From NCBI GenBank assembly GCA_024639455.1, contig JAHEIH010000003.1, forward strand, positions 85,276 through 149,275: a DNA stretch of 64,000 bases, written 5' to 3'. A model generated the notes under the pieces. That model had not been told where the DNA came from. It did not search any database and was given only the letters and a program-made list of their open reading frames with translations. A program made the position numbers and the translations under genes. Source of the stretch: Cellvibrionales bacterium (GTDB lineage Bacteria > Pseudomonadota > Gammaproteobacteria > Pseudomonadales > JAHEIH01). How positions within the stretch are numbered: position 1 is the first letter of the stretch; every line of letters begins with the position of its first letter. Positions 1-7,784 of this stretch are shown piece by piece.

Positions 1-7
1 GCACTAT

Positions 8-1249
8 TCATAAGGTAACCCCGAAGCGCTGGCAAACGTCTAGCGCACTGCGTAAACCATCTTCATGAAAACCGTTATACCAATAGGCGCCGCAGAAATG
101 GGTGCGATTGCGGCCACAAATCTTATCGCGTTGTCCTTGTGCCTCGATCATGGCCTCATCCATCACTGGGTGAGCGTAGCGATAGTGTCCAAGGACCTTG
201 TTAGGGTCGATGGCTTCTGTCTTGTTGAGCGTTACACAGAACGTTTCAGGCGCATCGATACCCTGCAAAATATTCATGTCGTAAGTCACTGAAGGTGGCG
301 CGTTTGTACCGCCGGCCAGGGAATAGTTCCAGCTGGCCCAGGCCGCACGACGCTTTGGAAGTATGGCGATATCCGTGTGCAGTGCCACATCGTTCATACG
401 GTATTTCATCTGACCCAAAATGGCGGTTTCGTCAACACTGGCATCGTCCAGCATGGCCAGCGCTTGATCGGAATGGCACGCTAACACGACCTCATCAAAA
501 CGTTCTACACCGCGATGCGTGGTGATATCAACGCCTTCATCGCCGCGACGAATGCTGCTAACGGGGCTTTCGGTTCTAATATCTTGCACTGGCGATAACA
601 AATGCGGAATGTAGCTATGGCTACCACCTGGAATAACATACCACTGTGGGCGATTTTCGATTTCGAGTAAGCCGTGATTGATGAAAAACTTTAGAAAAAA
701 CTTCAGCGGCATAATGCGCGCATCGTTGACCGAGGATGACCAAATCGCCGCTACCATAGGCAATATGTAGTGCAGACAAAAATAGTCTCCAAAACCGTGT
801 TGCGCTAAAAATTCACCGAGCGTACCTTCGTGGTTTCCGGAGGCGTGTGCCGACTTGGCCAATTTGTTAAAGCGAACAATGCTGTACAGAAAATGGTAGA
901 AACGAGGATTGACCCAGTTGCGACGTTGGGCAAATAAACTCAACAGGTTATTGCCGTTATACTCTAGGCCACTGGGGCTGTGGCAAACGCTAAAACTCAT
1001 TTCAGTAGGCTGTGTGTTCAAGCCTATAAGATCGAGAAGTTTTAGAAAGTTTGGATAGGTACGATCGTTACACACGATAAAGCCGGTATCGACGAAATAC
1101 TCGCCGCTGGGCACACGTACTTTTTTTGTGGCGGTGTGGCCACCGATATAGTCGTTGGCCTCGAATAGAGTCACCATGTGCTGTTGGCTAAGCAAGTAGG
1201 CGGCACTCATTCCCGATATGCCACTGCCGATAACGGCGATACGCTTCAT
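8..1249 (-). CDS. FAD/NAD(P)-binding amine-oxidase-like oxidoreductase
   Basis: Lies in ORF 8..1285. Dinucleotide-binding N-terminus MKRIAVIGSGISGMSAAYLL (GxGxxG). Start placed at ATG 1249 because it forms an ATGA overlap with the SDR stop (1246-1248). Its own stop TGA (8-10) overlaps an ATG (11-9) opening another minus-strand ORF that leaves the window. Confidence 0.8.
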   Translation of the reverse strand: MKRIAVIGSGISGMSAAYLLSQQHMVTLFEANDYIGGHTATKKVRVPSGEYFVDTGFIVCNDRTYPNFLKLLDLIGLNTQPTEMSFSVCHSPSGLEYNGNNLLSLFAQRRNWVNPRFYHFLYSIVRFNKLAKSAHASGNHEGTLGEFLAQHGFGDYFCLHYILPMVAAIWSSSVNDARIMPLKFFLKFFINHGLLEIENRPQWYVIPGGSHSYIPHLLSPVQDIRTESPVSSIRRGDEGVDITTHRGVERFDEVVLACHSDQALAMLDDASVDETAILGQMKYRMNDVALHTDIAILPKRRAAWASWNYSLAGGTNAPPSVTYDMNILQGIDAPETFCVTLNKTEAIDPNKVLGHYRYAHPVMDEAMIEAQGQRDKICGRNRTHFCGAYWYNGFHEDGLRSALDVCQRFGVTL

Positions 1250-1968
1250 GCGTTTTCCTCTTGTTGTTTTTGTAGACTCGCCCAAACATTAAAGGGCAAT
1301 AGTTGTAATAGTTTTAGCCCAAGTACAAAGATAGGCGTAAAAGCGATTTCGCGCTTACCTTTGGCTAGACCGCGGCGAATGTAATTGCTCGCCTGTGCCG
1401 CTGTAATCCTGCCGGGCATAGGGAAATTGTTTTTCTGTGTGAGCGGTGTGTCGACGAAGCAGGGTTTGATGTTGCTCACACGAATGTTTAACGGTTTGCA
1501 ATCTATTGCCAGGCTGTTGGCCAAGTAATCAATACCGGCTTTGCTGGCCCCATAAGCCTGTGCGCGTGAAAAGGGTAAGTAAGTGGCGGTAGAGCTCATC
1601 AAGGCGAGTTGGCCACCAGGGGCAATCTTTGGCATCAACGCTTCTAAGCAGTATCCCGTGCCGACGAGGTTGGCCCGCACAACGCGCTCAAAAAGTTCAC
1701 CGTCAAAATGTTTAACATCGTCGATGTATTCGCAGGTGCCTGCGTTAAGAATGACTAAATCGAGAGGTGGTAAGTCCGCACAAGCAGCGAGCACGGACGC
1801 GCGGTTGCCAATGTCAAAGCAAAGATGATGACAAGCCACATTGTCGAGAGCATGTTGGAGTTTAGCCGCATCCCTACCACAAGCGATCACCTGGTGATCA
1901 CGTGCGTAGTCGATAGCGAGTTGTAAGCCAATACCCGACGAGGCACCGGTAATAAGCACCCGCTTCAA
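1246..1968 (-). CDS. short-chain dehydrogenase/reductase (SDR) family oxidoreductase
   Basis: TGASSGIGLQLA (TGxxxGxG) cofactor motif and YGASK (YxxxK) catalytic motif. TTG start at 1968 overlaps the upstream stop (TTGA). Confidence 0.85.
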   Translation of the reverse strand: MKRVLITGASSGIGLQLAIDYARDHQVIACGRDAAKLQHALDNVACHHLCFDIGNRASVLAACADLPPLDLVILNAGTCEYIDDVKHFDGELFERVVRANLVGTGYCLEALMPKIAPGGQLALMSSTATYLPFSRAQAYGASKAGIDYLANSLAIDCKPLNIRVSNIKPCFVDTPLTQKNNFPMPGRITAAQASNYIRRGLAKGKREIAFTPIFVLGLKLLQLLPFNVWASLQKQQEENA

Positions 1969-2390
1969 GAGGCCAATCCCCGCTTGAGGTATCGCACCAT
2001 CCCACCAAGTAGCGGGATGTGTTCGTATAGCATTGCACCAAGATCAAAGTAGTCTCGGTGGAAGTCGATTTTTTTGTCGAAACGCACCAGTGTCATGCCA
2101 TCAACAGTAATTTTTTTGCCGCCCTTAAGTTTGGGATGGGCAATGGTCATGGCCCAGCAGAGCGTGGCACTTCCTTCAAGTTCGTGGATTTCCCGAATAT
2201 CGAATTGACAGAAACTGAGATCCGCCATCATGCCGTTGAAATAGTTAATGAGTGCATTGATGCCGTGAATATTGTGAGCGGGGTCAACAAACTCAATGTC
2301 GTTGCTGTAGACGTCAGCAATGATCGACATATCCACGCCAGCCAGATCGCGGCGATATAGATCAATAAATTGAGATAGGGCTGGGTGCAT
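1965..2390 (-). CDS. SnoaL-like / NTF2-fold protein
   Basis: 141-aa ORF with size and composition typical of SnoaL-like polyketide-cyclase-fold proteins. First gene of a 4-nt-overlap chain. The call rests on general resemblance only. Confidence 0.55.
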   Translation of the reverse strand: MHPALSQFIDLYRRDLAGVDMSIIADVYSNDIEFVDPAHNIHGINALINYFNGMMADLSFCQFDIREIHELEGSATLCWAMTIAHPKLKGGKKITVDGMTLVRFDKKIDFHRDYFDLGAMLYEHIPLLGGMVRYLKRGLAS

Positions 2391-2426
2391 ATTTCTTCCT
2401 CGCTATAAGCGAATTTTTAGAAGATT

Positions 2427-2453
2427 TTACGCGCTAACGGCCTTTCTGGATTC
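2427..2453 (-). promoter_or_regulatory. candidate ECF (ChrR-partner sigma) promoter: GAATCC-N16-CGTAA
   Basis: Minus strand reads GAATCC (2453-2448), a 16-nt spacer, then CGTAA (2431-2427), 37 nt upstream of the ATG at 2390. The same architecture occurs upstream of the sigma gene (3815-3843). Confidence 0.4.
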
Positions 2454-2466
2454 GAATTTAGATAAT

Positions 2467-2489
2467 AAAAAACCGCCCGAAGGCGGTTT
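2467..2489 (-). terminator. rho-independent terminator downstream of chrR
   Basis: Hairpin CCGCC-cgaa-GGCGG (2473-2486) flanked by an A-run (2467-2472). On the minus strand this A-run is the trailing T-run, immediately after the chrR stop at 2493. Confidence 0.7.
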
Positions 2490-2492
2490 GTT

Positions 2493-3155
2493 TTAGGCGG
2501 GATGCAATCCTAGTAAGGGGCGCATAAGCCAACCAACCACGCCGGGTATGCGAATGGGAGATTCCAGCGCAGAAAAACATATGCACTCACCATTTTTGGC
2601 ACCCATGGGTTGGTGCGACTCTCCGGCACGGCGGACTAAAAAGTCACCGGGCTTGTAAATGCCATCTTCATCAGAGAAACTGCCAGACAATACCACGGTG
2701 TACTCTTTACCGCTGTGATTGTGGTTGTATGTTTTGCCGCCAGCACAAATGCGATGAAGAGCTACTTCAAATTTTTCTTGCCCTGTTACAAGTCTGGCAA
2801 CATCCAGTGAAGACGTTAGTTTTTTCCACTTCGGACCATTGGTTTTAGCGATTAATTTCTGCACAAGCTGTGGGAAACCAGAACCATCGTCTTGGTTAGT
2901 TGGCGCAAGCGGCGCGGGCTGTTCACCATCGATACGTGCAAATAGCTTGTCCAAAGCGTCATCGTTAACACTAATGCTATTCTGATCTGCGAATATTTCC
3001 GCACCAAGCTCATTCAGCTGGGACACCCTGGCACGACAACGCTCACAGAAGTGGAGGTGGACAGAAACACACATCGATGGAACGGATTCAAGGGTGCCCG
3101 CAGAAAATTCGAGCAACATTTCTTCTTTGGGGTGGTGACTAACTGGGGTATTCAT
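2493..3155 (-). CDS. chrR: ChrR-family anti-sigma factor (zinc anti-sigma domain plus C-terminal cupin)
   Basis: N-terminal HLHFCERC (H-x3-C-x2-C zinc motif). 220 aa with a cupin-like C-terminus. 4-nt overlap with the upstream ECF sigma gene. Confidence 0.85.
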   Translation of the reverse strand: MNTPVSHHPKEEMLLEFSAGTLESVPSMCVSVHLHFCERCRARVSQLNELGAEIFADQNSISVNDDALDKLFARIDGEQPAPLAPTNQDDGSGFPQLVQKLIAKTNGPKWKKLTSSLDVARLVTGQEKFEVALHRICAGGKTYNHNHSGKEYTVVLSGSFSDEDGIYKPGDFLVRRAGESHQPMGAKNGECICFSALESPIRIPGVVGWLMRPLLGLHPA

Positions 3156-3787
3156 CGTGTAACCATTACTTGTAATTTGTCGAGTGCACGGCGAACGCGC
3201 GACTTGACGGTACCGAGTGGAAGATTCATGTCTTCAGAGACTTCAGACTGGCTCTTGCCCTCGAGGTAAATCTTTCTTAGCACATCGCCTTGTTCAGGAG
3301 GGAGCTGTGACAAACTATCGTGGATCACATCTTTAATTCGTCGACGAATAAGTTGTGATACCGGGGTTTCCTCATCGACGGGATGCCAGTAGTCATCGGC
3401 ATCCAATGTTTGTGTCGCTTGACGGTTTATTCTGCGCAACATATCTATTTTTGTGTTGCGCGCCATTGTATAGATCCAAGTTGTTGCCGCCGATTTCGTT
3501 GAATCGAACGATTGTGCCTTGTTCCACACCTTAATCATCACTTCTTGCACAAGTTCTTCTGACAATTGTTGACCGTCGTTATCGGGGGTTTCAAATCGAG
3601 CGAAACCTTTGATAAGTGGGCCAAAATGACTAAAAATCTCAGCAAAAGCTTTGCGGTCACGTTGGGTGGCTATTCTTTCAAGCCGCTCGGTCCACTCGTC
3701 ATCGCGCTTTTTAGGGCTGGTATTGTTATGCACTTTTCTGGACTCCACTGATTTTTTATTATCAGTGTAGCGTAAAACTGTGCTCAT
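3152..3787 (-). CDS. ECF-type RNA polymerase sigma-70 factor (partner of ChrR)
   Basis: Region 2 (LVQEVMIKVWNKA) and region 4 HTH (LPPEQGDVLRKIYLEGKSQSEVSEDMNLPLGTVKSRVRRAL). Overlaps chrR by 4 nt. Confidence 0.9.
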   Translation of the reverse strand: MSTVLRYTDNKKSVESRKVHNNTSPKKRDDEWTERLERIATQRDRKAFAEIFSHFGPLIKGFARFETPDNDGQQLSEELVQEVMIKVWNKAQSFDSTKSAATTWIYTMARNTKIDMLRRINRQATQTLDADDYWHPVDEETPVSQLIRRRIKDVIHDSLSQLPPEQGDVLRKIYLEGKSQSEVSEDMNLPLGTVKSRVRRALDKLQVMVTR

Positions 3788-3814
3788 ACTCCTACTCCTA
3801 TTGAATTTGCCAGT

Positions 3815-3843
3815 TTATACGGCGACAAAATAGGACTGGTTTC
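3815..3843 (-). promoter_or_regulatory. candidate autoregulatory ECF promoter: GAAACC-N16-CGTATAA
   Basis: Minus strand reads GAAACC (3843-3838), a 16-nt spacer, then CGTATAA (3821-3815), about 30 nt upstream of the sigma ATG at 3787. Same spacing and core as the 2427-2453 site. Confidence 0.4.
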
Positions 3844-3861
3844 GCGAGTTTGTCCTAATTT

Positions 3862-6111
3862 TTAGAACCACCATGGAGGAAGTAGAGACTTTATCTCGTC
3901 CTGCTCGAATCTTGGGTCGATTAGCTCGATAAGTCCTTGATCCGATTGGCTTCTTAGTAGCCGCCCAGCGGCCTGTACAATCTTGCGCATGGCTGGAAAA
4001 AGATAGGTGTAGCGGTAGCCATTGGCGCTGCCATAGCGGTGTGAAAAATATTTTTCGATCCGCCGATGAAAATCGTCGAAGGGAGGTAGTCCAAGGCTAA
4101 TAATGGTCACCCCGATGAGTTCGTCGCCGGGGAGATCGATGCCCTCACCAAAAATGCCGCCCAACGTTGCAAGCCCGATACGCCCGCGATGCTGGCGAAA
4201 TCCATGGATAAACTCGTGGCGAGAGGCCTCGTTCATGACAGGTGTTTGCATGACCAAGGGAAGCGAAAGTGGTAGTGAATCAAGGGCGTCTTGCAGCAAC
4301 TTCTGATAGGCAAAGCTTGGCGTGTATACCAAATAATTGCCTGGTGTGCGCGAGTACTGCCAAGCGATACGTTGGGCGATGCTTTGCACGGATTGTTGCC
4401 GGTATTTATAGCGTGTATCGATATCGCTTACCAATCGCAGTTCCAACTGATCGCGGCGAAAAGGGCTGTCGATAGCACGCAGCACCACATCCTCAATACC
4501 CAGCAGATCACGGTAGTATTCAAAGGGTTGCAAGGTGGCTGAAAACAATAACGCGCTGTGGCAGGCTAGCCAACGGGGGCGAATGTGCGTGTTAGGATCG
4601 ATATTTTGGATGGCTAGTTCTCCCCGGGCGTTGCGTGTGCCGGGCGGCATGTCTTGCCTAATTATCGCCAAACTGTGGTCCTCAAATTGCTCGCTCAGTC
4701 GTGCAAATCCAAGGTAGCTAAACATGAGTTCCTGAAGCTCGCCATCGCCTGGGTGGTCGACCATGTAATCGGCGGCTTGGCTGGCGAATTTAAGGCCGGC
4801 GCTAACGAGTGATGCAGGGGGGGACGATAAAAACTGTACCTCGCGGCTTGGTTGCTGTTTGATAATTTGCCGCCAGGCTTTTTTGAGCCCAACCAGCGCG
4901 GGCTTCAATGCACTGGGCGCGCGCTTGCCATATTCAACGATTGGCTGCTCAGAAATGGCCGCGCTATACATGCCTCTGGTACGTTCGATTAAGTTGTGGG
5001 CCTCGTCAATGCATATGGCGACGCGCCATTCTTCCTGCTGCTTTAGGGCGAAAAGAAGCGCTTGTTGGTCGAAGTAGTGATTCACATCGGCGATGATGAT
5101 GTCACACCAACGGGCCATCTCTTGTCCCAAGTAGTATCGACAAATACCGTGTGCTGCGGCGATATTGGCCAGCCCGTCGGTATCTAACCATTGCGCTTTG
5201 GCGGCGGCTTCGCGGGCGGCGGGTAGGCGATCAAAAAAGCCTAATGCTAAGGGGCAGCTCTCACCGTGGCAGGCGAGAGCGGGGTTGTCACATGCATTAT
5301 GGCGAGCATCTAACTGTATTACCCTGATATTGGTCGGCTCAAGTTGTTGTAGCGCCTCACGCCAAAGAGTTTTGCCGGTGTTGCGGTTGCTCAATAGGTA
5401 CAATCTATCGATGTTGTAGCGCGGCATGGCATTCAAATGTGGGTAGAGCACCCCCAATGTCTTACCGAGTCCGGTGGGCGCTTCGATCATTGCCACGCTT
5501 CCCGTTGCCACCGTTTTATAGGCGTCTTCGGCCAACTGGCGTTGACCGGGTCTAAAATCTGGATAACAAAAGCTAAGTGGCAATAGCGCGGCATCGCGCG
5601 CATGTCGATGTTGCTGTTCGCTGCTCTGCCAAGCAAGGTATGCGCGACACAGCTGTTTTGCATACGCTATCAATTCCTGCGCGCAATAACGCTGTGTTAG
5701 CGATTGCTCTCTGTCGCTGTCAATGTCAACGTAGCAAAGGTTTAAATCGACGTCGCTGTGGCCATCGCGCAAACAAAGTAGGGCACCGTACACCTTGAGT
5801 TGTGCCCAGTGGAGGTGTCGACGGTCGTTGTTTAGCCGGTCGAGGCTGCCACGGTGTGACTTTATTTCTTCCAAGAAAGGTGTGTCTTCGTTGCCCTTGG
5901 GGCGGTAGCCATCTGCTCGCCCGCGCAGCGCTACGCCTTCAATTTCTCCCTGGAGGGCGTATTCAGCCTGGTAGTTACCGGTACGGGATTGTTGCACGGT
6001 AGCATGGGCTACCCGGCCATCTTCGGCACTGGGGGCTGGGGTGTAGCGGTTGTCTAAACTGCCTCGCCGCGCGGTGAATTCGCAAAGGCCACGCACAGAA
6101 ACTCGCATCAT
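3862..6111 (-). CDS. ATP-dependent DNA helicase, XPD/DinG (Rad3) family, with N-terminal RecB/Cas4-like PD-(D/E)XK nuclease domain
   Basis: Nuclease motifs GRADGY, EEIKS (ExK) and QLKVY (QxxxY) in the first ~120 aa. Walker A APTGLGKT and DEAH box CIDEAHNL. Four Cys between them (ACD, ACH, SCP, ICR), consistent with an XPD-type Fe-S cluster. Confidence 0.8.
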   Translation of the reverse strand: MMRVSVRGLCEFTARRGSLDNRYTPAPSAEDGRVAHATVQQSRTGNYQAEYALQGEIEGVALRGRADGYRPKGNEDTPFLEEIKSHRGSLDRLNNDRRHLHWAQLKVYGALLCLRDGHSDVDLNLCYVDIDSDREQSLTQRYCAQELIAYAKQLCRAYLAWQSSEQQHRHARDAALLPLSFCYPDFRPGQRQLAEDAYKTVATGSVAMIEAPTGLGKTLGVLYPHLNAMPRYNIDRLYLLSNRNTGKTLWREALQQLEPTNIRVIQLDARHNACDNPALACHGESCPLALGFFDRLPAAREAAAKAQWLDTDGLANIAAAHGICRYYLGQEMARWCDIIIADVNHYFDQQALLFALKQQEEWRVAICIDEAHNLIERTRGMYSAAISEQPIVEYGKRAPSALKPALVGLKKAWRQIIKQQPSREVQFLSSPPASLVSAGLKFASQAADYMVDHPGDGELQELMFSYLGFARLSEQFEDHSLAIIRQDMPPGTRNARGELAIQNIDPNTHIRPRWLACHSALLFSATLQPFEYYRDLLGIEDVVLRAIDSPFRRDQLELRLVSDIDTRYKYRQQSVQSIAQRIAWQYSRTPGNYLVYTPSFAYQKLLQDALDSLPLSLPLVMQTPVMNEASRHEFIHGFRQHRGRIGLATLGGIFGEGIDLPGDELIGVTIISLGLPPFDDFHRRIEKYFSHRYGSANGYRYTYLFPAMRKIVQAAGRLLRSQSDQGLIELIDPRFEQDEIKSLLPPWWF

Positions 6112-7784
6112 GGCTGGTGCCAGCTAACGTGGCATACCACCGCCGGAATACCGTGTTGCTCGAAATAGGCCAGCCAACGCAGTTGATGGTCTTGCAGGCG
6201 ATCCCCGGGGCCTTTGATTTCAATCAGCTGATAAGTACCCGTCGTTAAATTGAACTGTATGAGATCAGGAAAACCGCTGCTGTGCTGACGTAGGTCGCTA
6301 AACATCCTTTCAAAAATAGCGGATAAGTGGGCTGAGGGGATGCACGTTAATGCCTGTTCGAGCAGTGTTTCGTCGAGTAGTCCCCAAATAGCAAAGGGAT
6401 TGGCGACGCCCGCTTTGTCGCGGTAGCGTGTCAGGATGTGTTGCGAGTAGTTGGGTTGGTGCATACTGTGCCAAGCCTTAGCGATAATGTCGCTGCGCCT
6501 TGCGGCGAAATCCTCCTGGTATAGGTCGGCGGCCCGGCGTTGGAAGGGGTTGAAAAAGGCGCCCGGTACAGGGGCGAATAATGCCTCCCAAAAAGTTAGT
6601 GCAAACAGCCCAGGTAGCAAGGCGTTTTCAACATAGTAACAGGGTTTTTCATCTTGATGAAAATGCTCCCGACTTACACGCTCCACGCTGTAGCTAGGTT
6701 TTTCTAATGCTATGTATTGCAGTTGCGGGCTGAAGCGCTGACGCTTAGGCAGGCTTTGGCCAATCTTGCGGGCGCTACGTACCCACACTTTTTCCGCGGC
6801 CTCACGCCAATCGGCGCGTTTGGCACGCTTGCTTAGCCAACCGGCGTATCTGGCGACTAAGGGTAATGGCAGTATTTTTTCCATCAAGCGAAGTTGGCGT
6901 ATCTTAGCTTCTCGATAGCCACAGCGGCGGTACAGCGTCAGAGCTTTTTGATGGCGGCCCTGCCTTTCTATGGCGTGGGAGGCGCGATACAGCAATTTTT
7001 GTCGGCGGTACTCTATCCACAGCTGCGCCTGTTTTTTTGGTAGATGCGCTAGCACTTGGTCAGGTGTGATAAGTTGCAGGTAATGCGCCTCACCCAAGGC
7101 GCTGATGGCGCTAAAAGCATCTAGCTCAGTACGATTAGCAAAGGCGCGATGCTGATCATCAAGATCGACTTTCTCGTAGCGCTGATGGCCCAGCTCGGTC
7201 AATACAAACGCTGACCAATCCTGCTGTGCATTGCCAAAGAACAGCATTTTCAAGATGTCGAAGATAGCTTGGCAGCGTAGCGAGATGAGTTGGAAAGGGG
7301 CCGTGGGCCACCACTCATCTAGCGGCCGAGATATTCCATCGTCGAGAGCGCTCAGCTGCAGTAGTAGAGCATCCTTTCCCTGAGGTGGTGGTCCCTCCGC
7401 GTGTATCGCCCACAGTTGCCGTAGTTCAGCGACGCGGCAAAGCGTGATCAGTTCGGTGAGTCGACACACCGCGGGATAATGAATGAGGTCGTGCTCCGCA
7501 AGGTGTCTAAGGGGCGTGTTTATGTCACCGATTTCTGGGTAGTTTAGCCTGTCATCGCGGAACCACTCCCCACGCCGCATGATGAGACGGCAGAGCGTGG
7601 CCCGGCTGGTGATGTCCAGCTGTTGAATAGTGTCTAGTAAGTACTGTTCATCGGCACTGAAGATATCTTCGTAGTGGTGGCGCACCCATTGTATGACGCT
7701 ATCGATGTTGTAAAGGTAGTAAAGAGGCTCCTCGAGAGAGGCAGCACGGATCTGAGAGGAGGCTGCTGCCACCTTAGTCTTCAC
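6108..7784 (-). CDS. FAN1-like VRR-NUC domain nuclease
   Basis: C-terminal VRR-NUC signature FPDLIQF...YQLIEIKGPGDRLQDHQLRWL (D...ExK). At 558 aa it is nearly the length I recall for P. aeruginosa FAN1. Its stop lies inside the helicase ATGATG start. Confidence 0.75.
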   Translation of the reverse strand: MKTKVAAASSQIRAASLEEPLYYLYNIDSVIQWVRHHYEDIFSADEQYLLDTIQQLDITSRATLCRLIMRRGEWFRDDRLNYPEIGDINTPLRHLAEHDLIHYPAVCRLTELITLCRVAELRQLWAIHAEGPPPQGKDALLLQLSALDDGISRPLDEWWPTAPFQLISLRCQAIFDILKMLFFGNAQQDWSAFVLTELGHQRYEKVDLDDQHRAFANRTELDAFSAISALGEAHYLQLITPDQVLAHLPKKQAQLWIEYRRQKLLYRASHAIERQGRHQKALTLYRRCGYREAKIRQLRLMEKILPLPLVARYAGWLSKRAKRADWREAAEKVWVRSARKIGQSLPKRQRFSPQLQYIALEKPSYSVERVSREHFHQDEKPCYYVENALLPGLFALTFWEALFAPVPGAFFNPFQRRAADLYQEDFAARRSDIIAKAWHSMHQPNYSQHILTRYRDKAGVANPFAIWGLLDETLLEQALTCIPSAHLSAIFERMFSDLRQHSSGFPDLIQFNLTTGTYQLIEIKGPGDRLQDHQLRWLAYFEQHGIPAVVCHVSWHQP

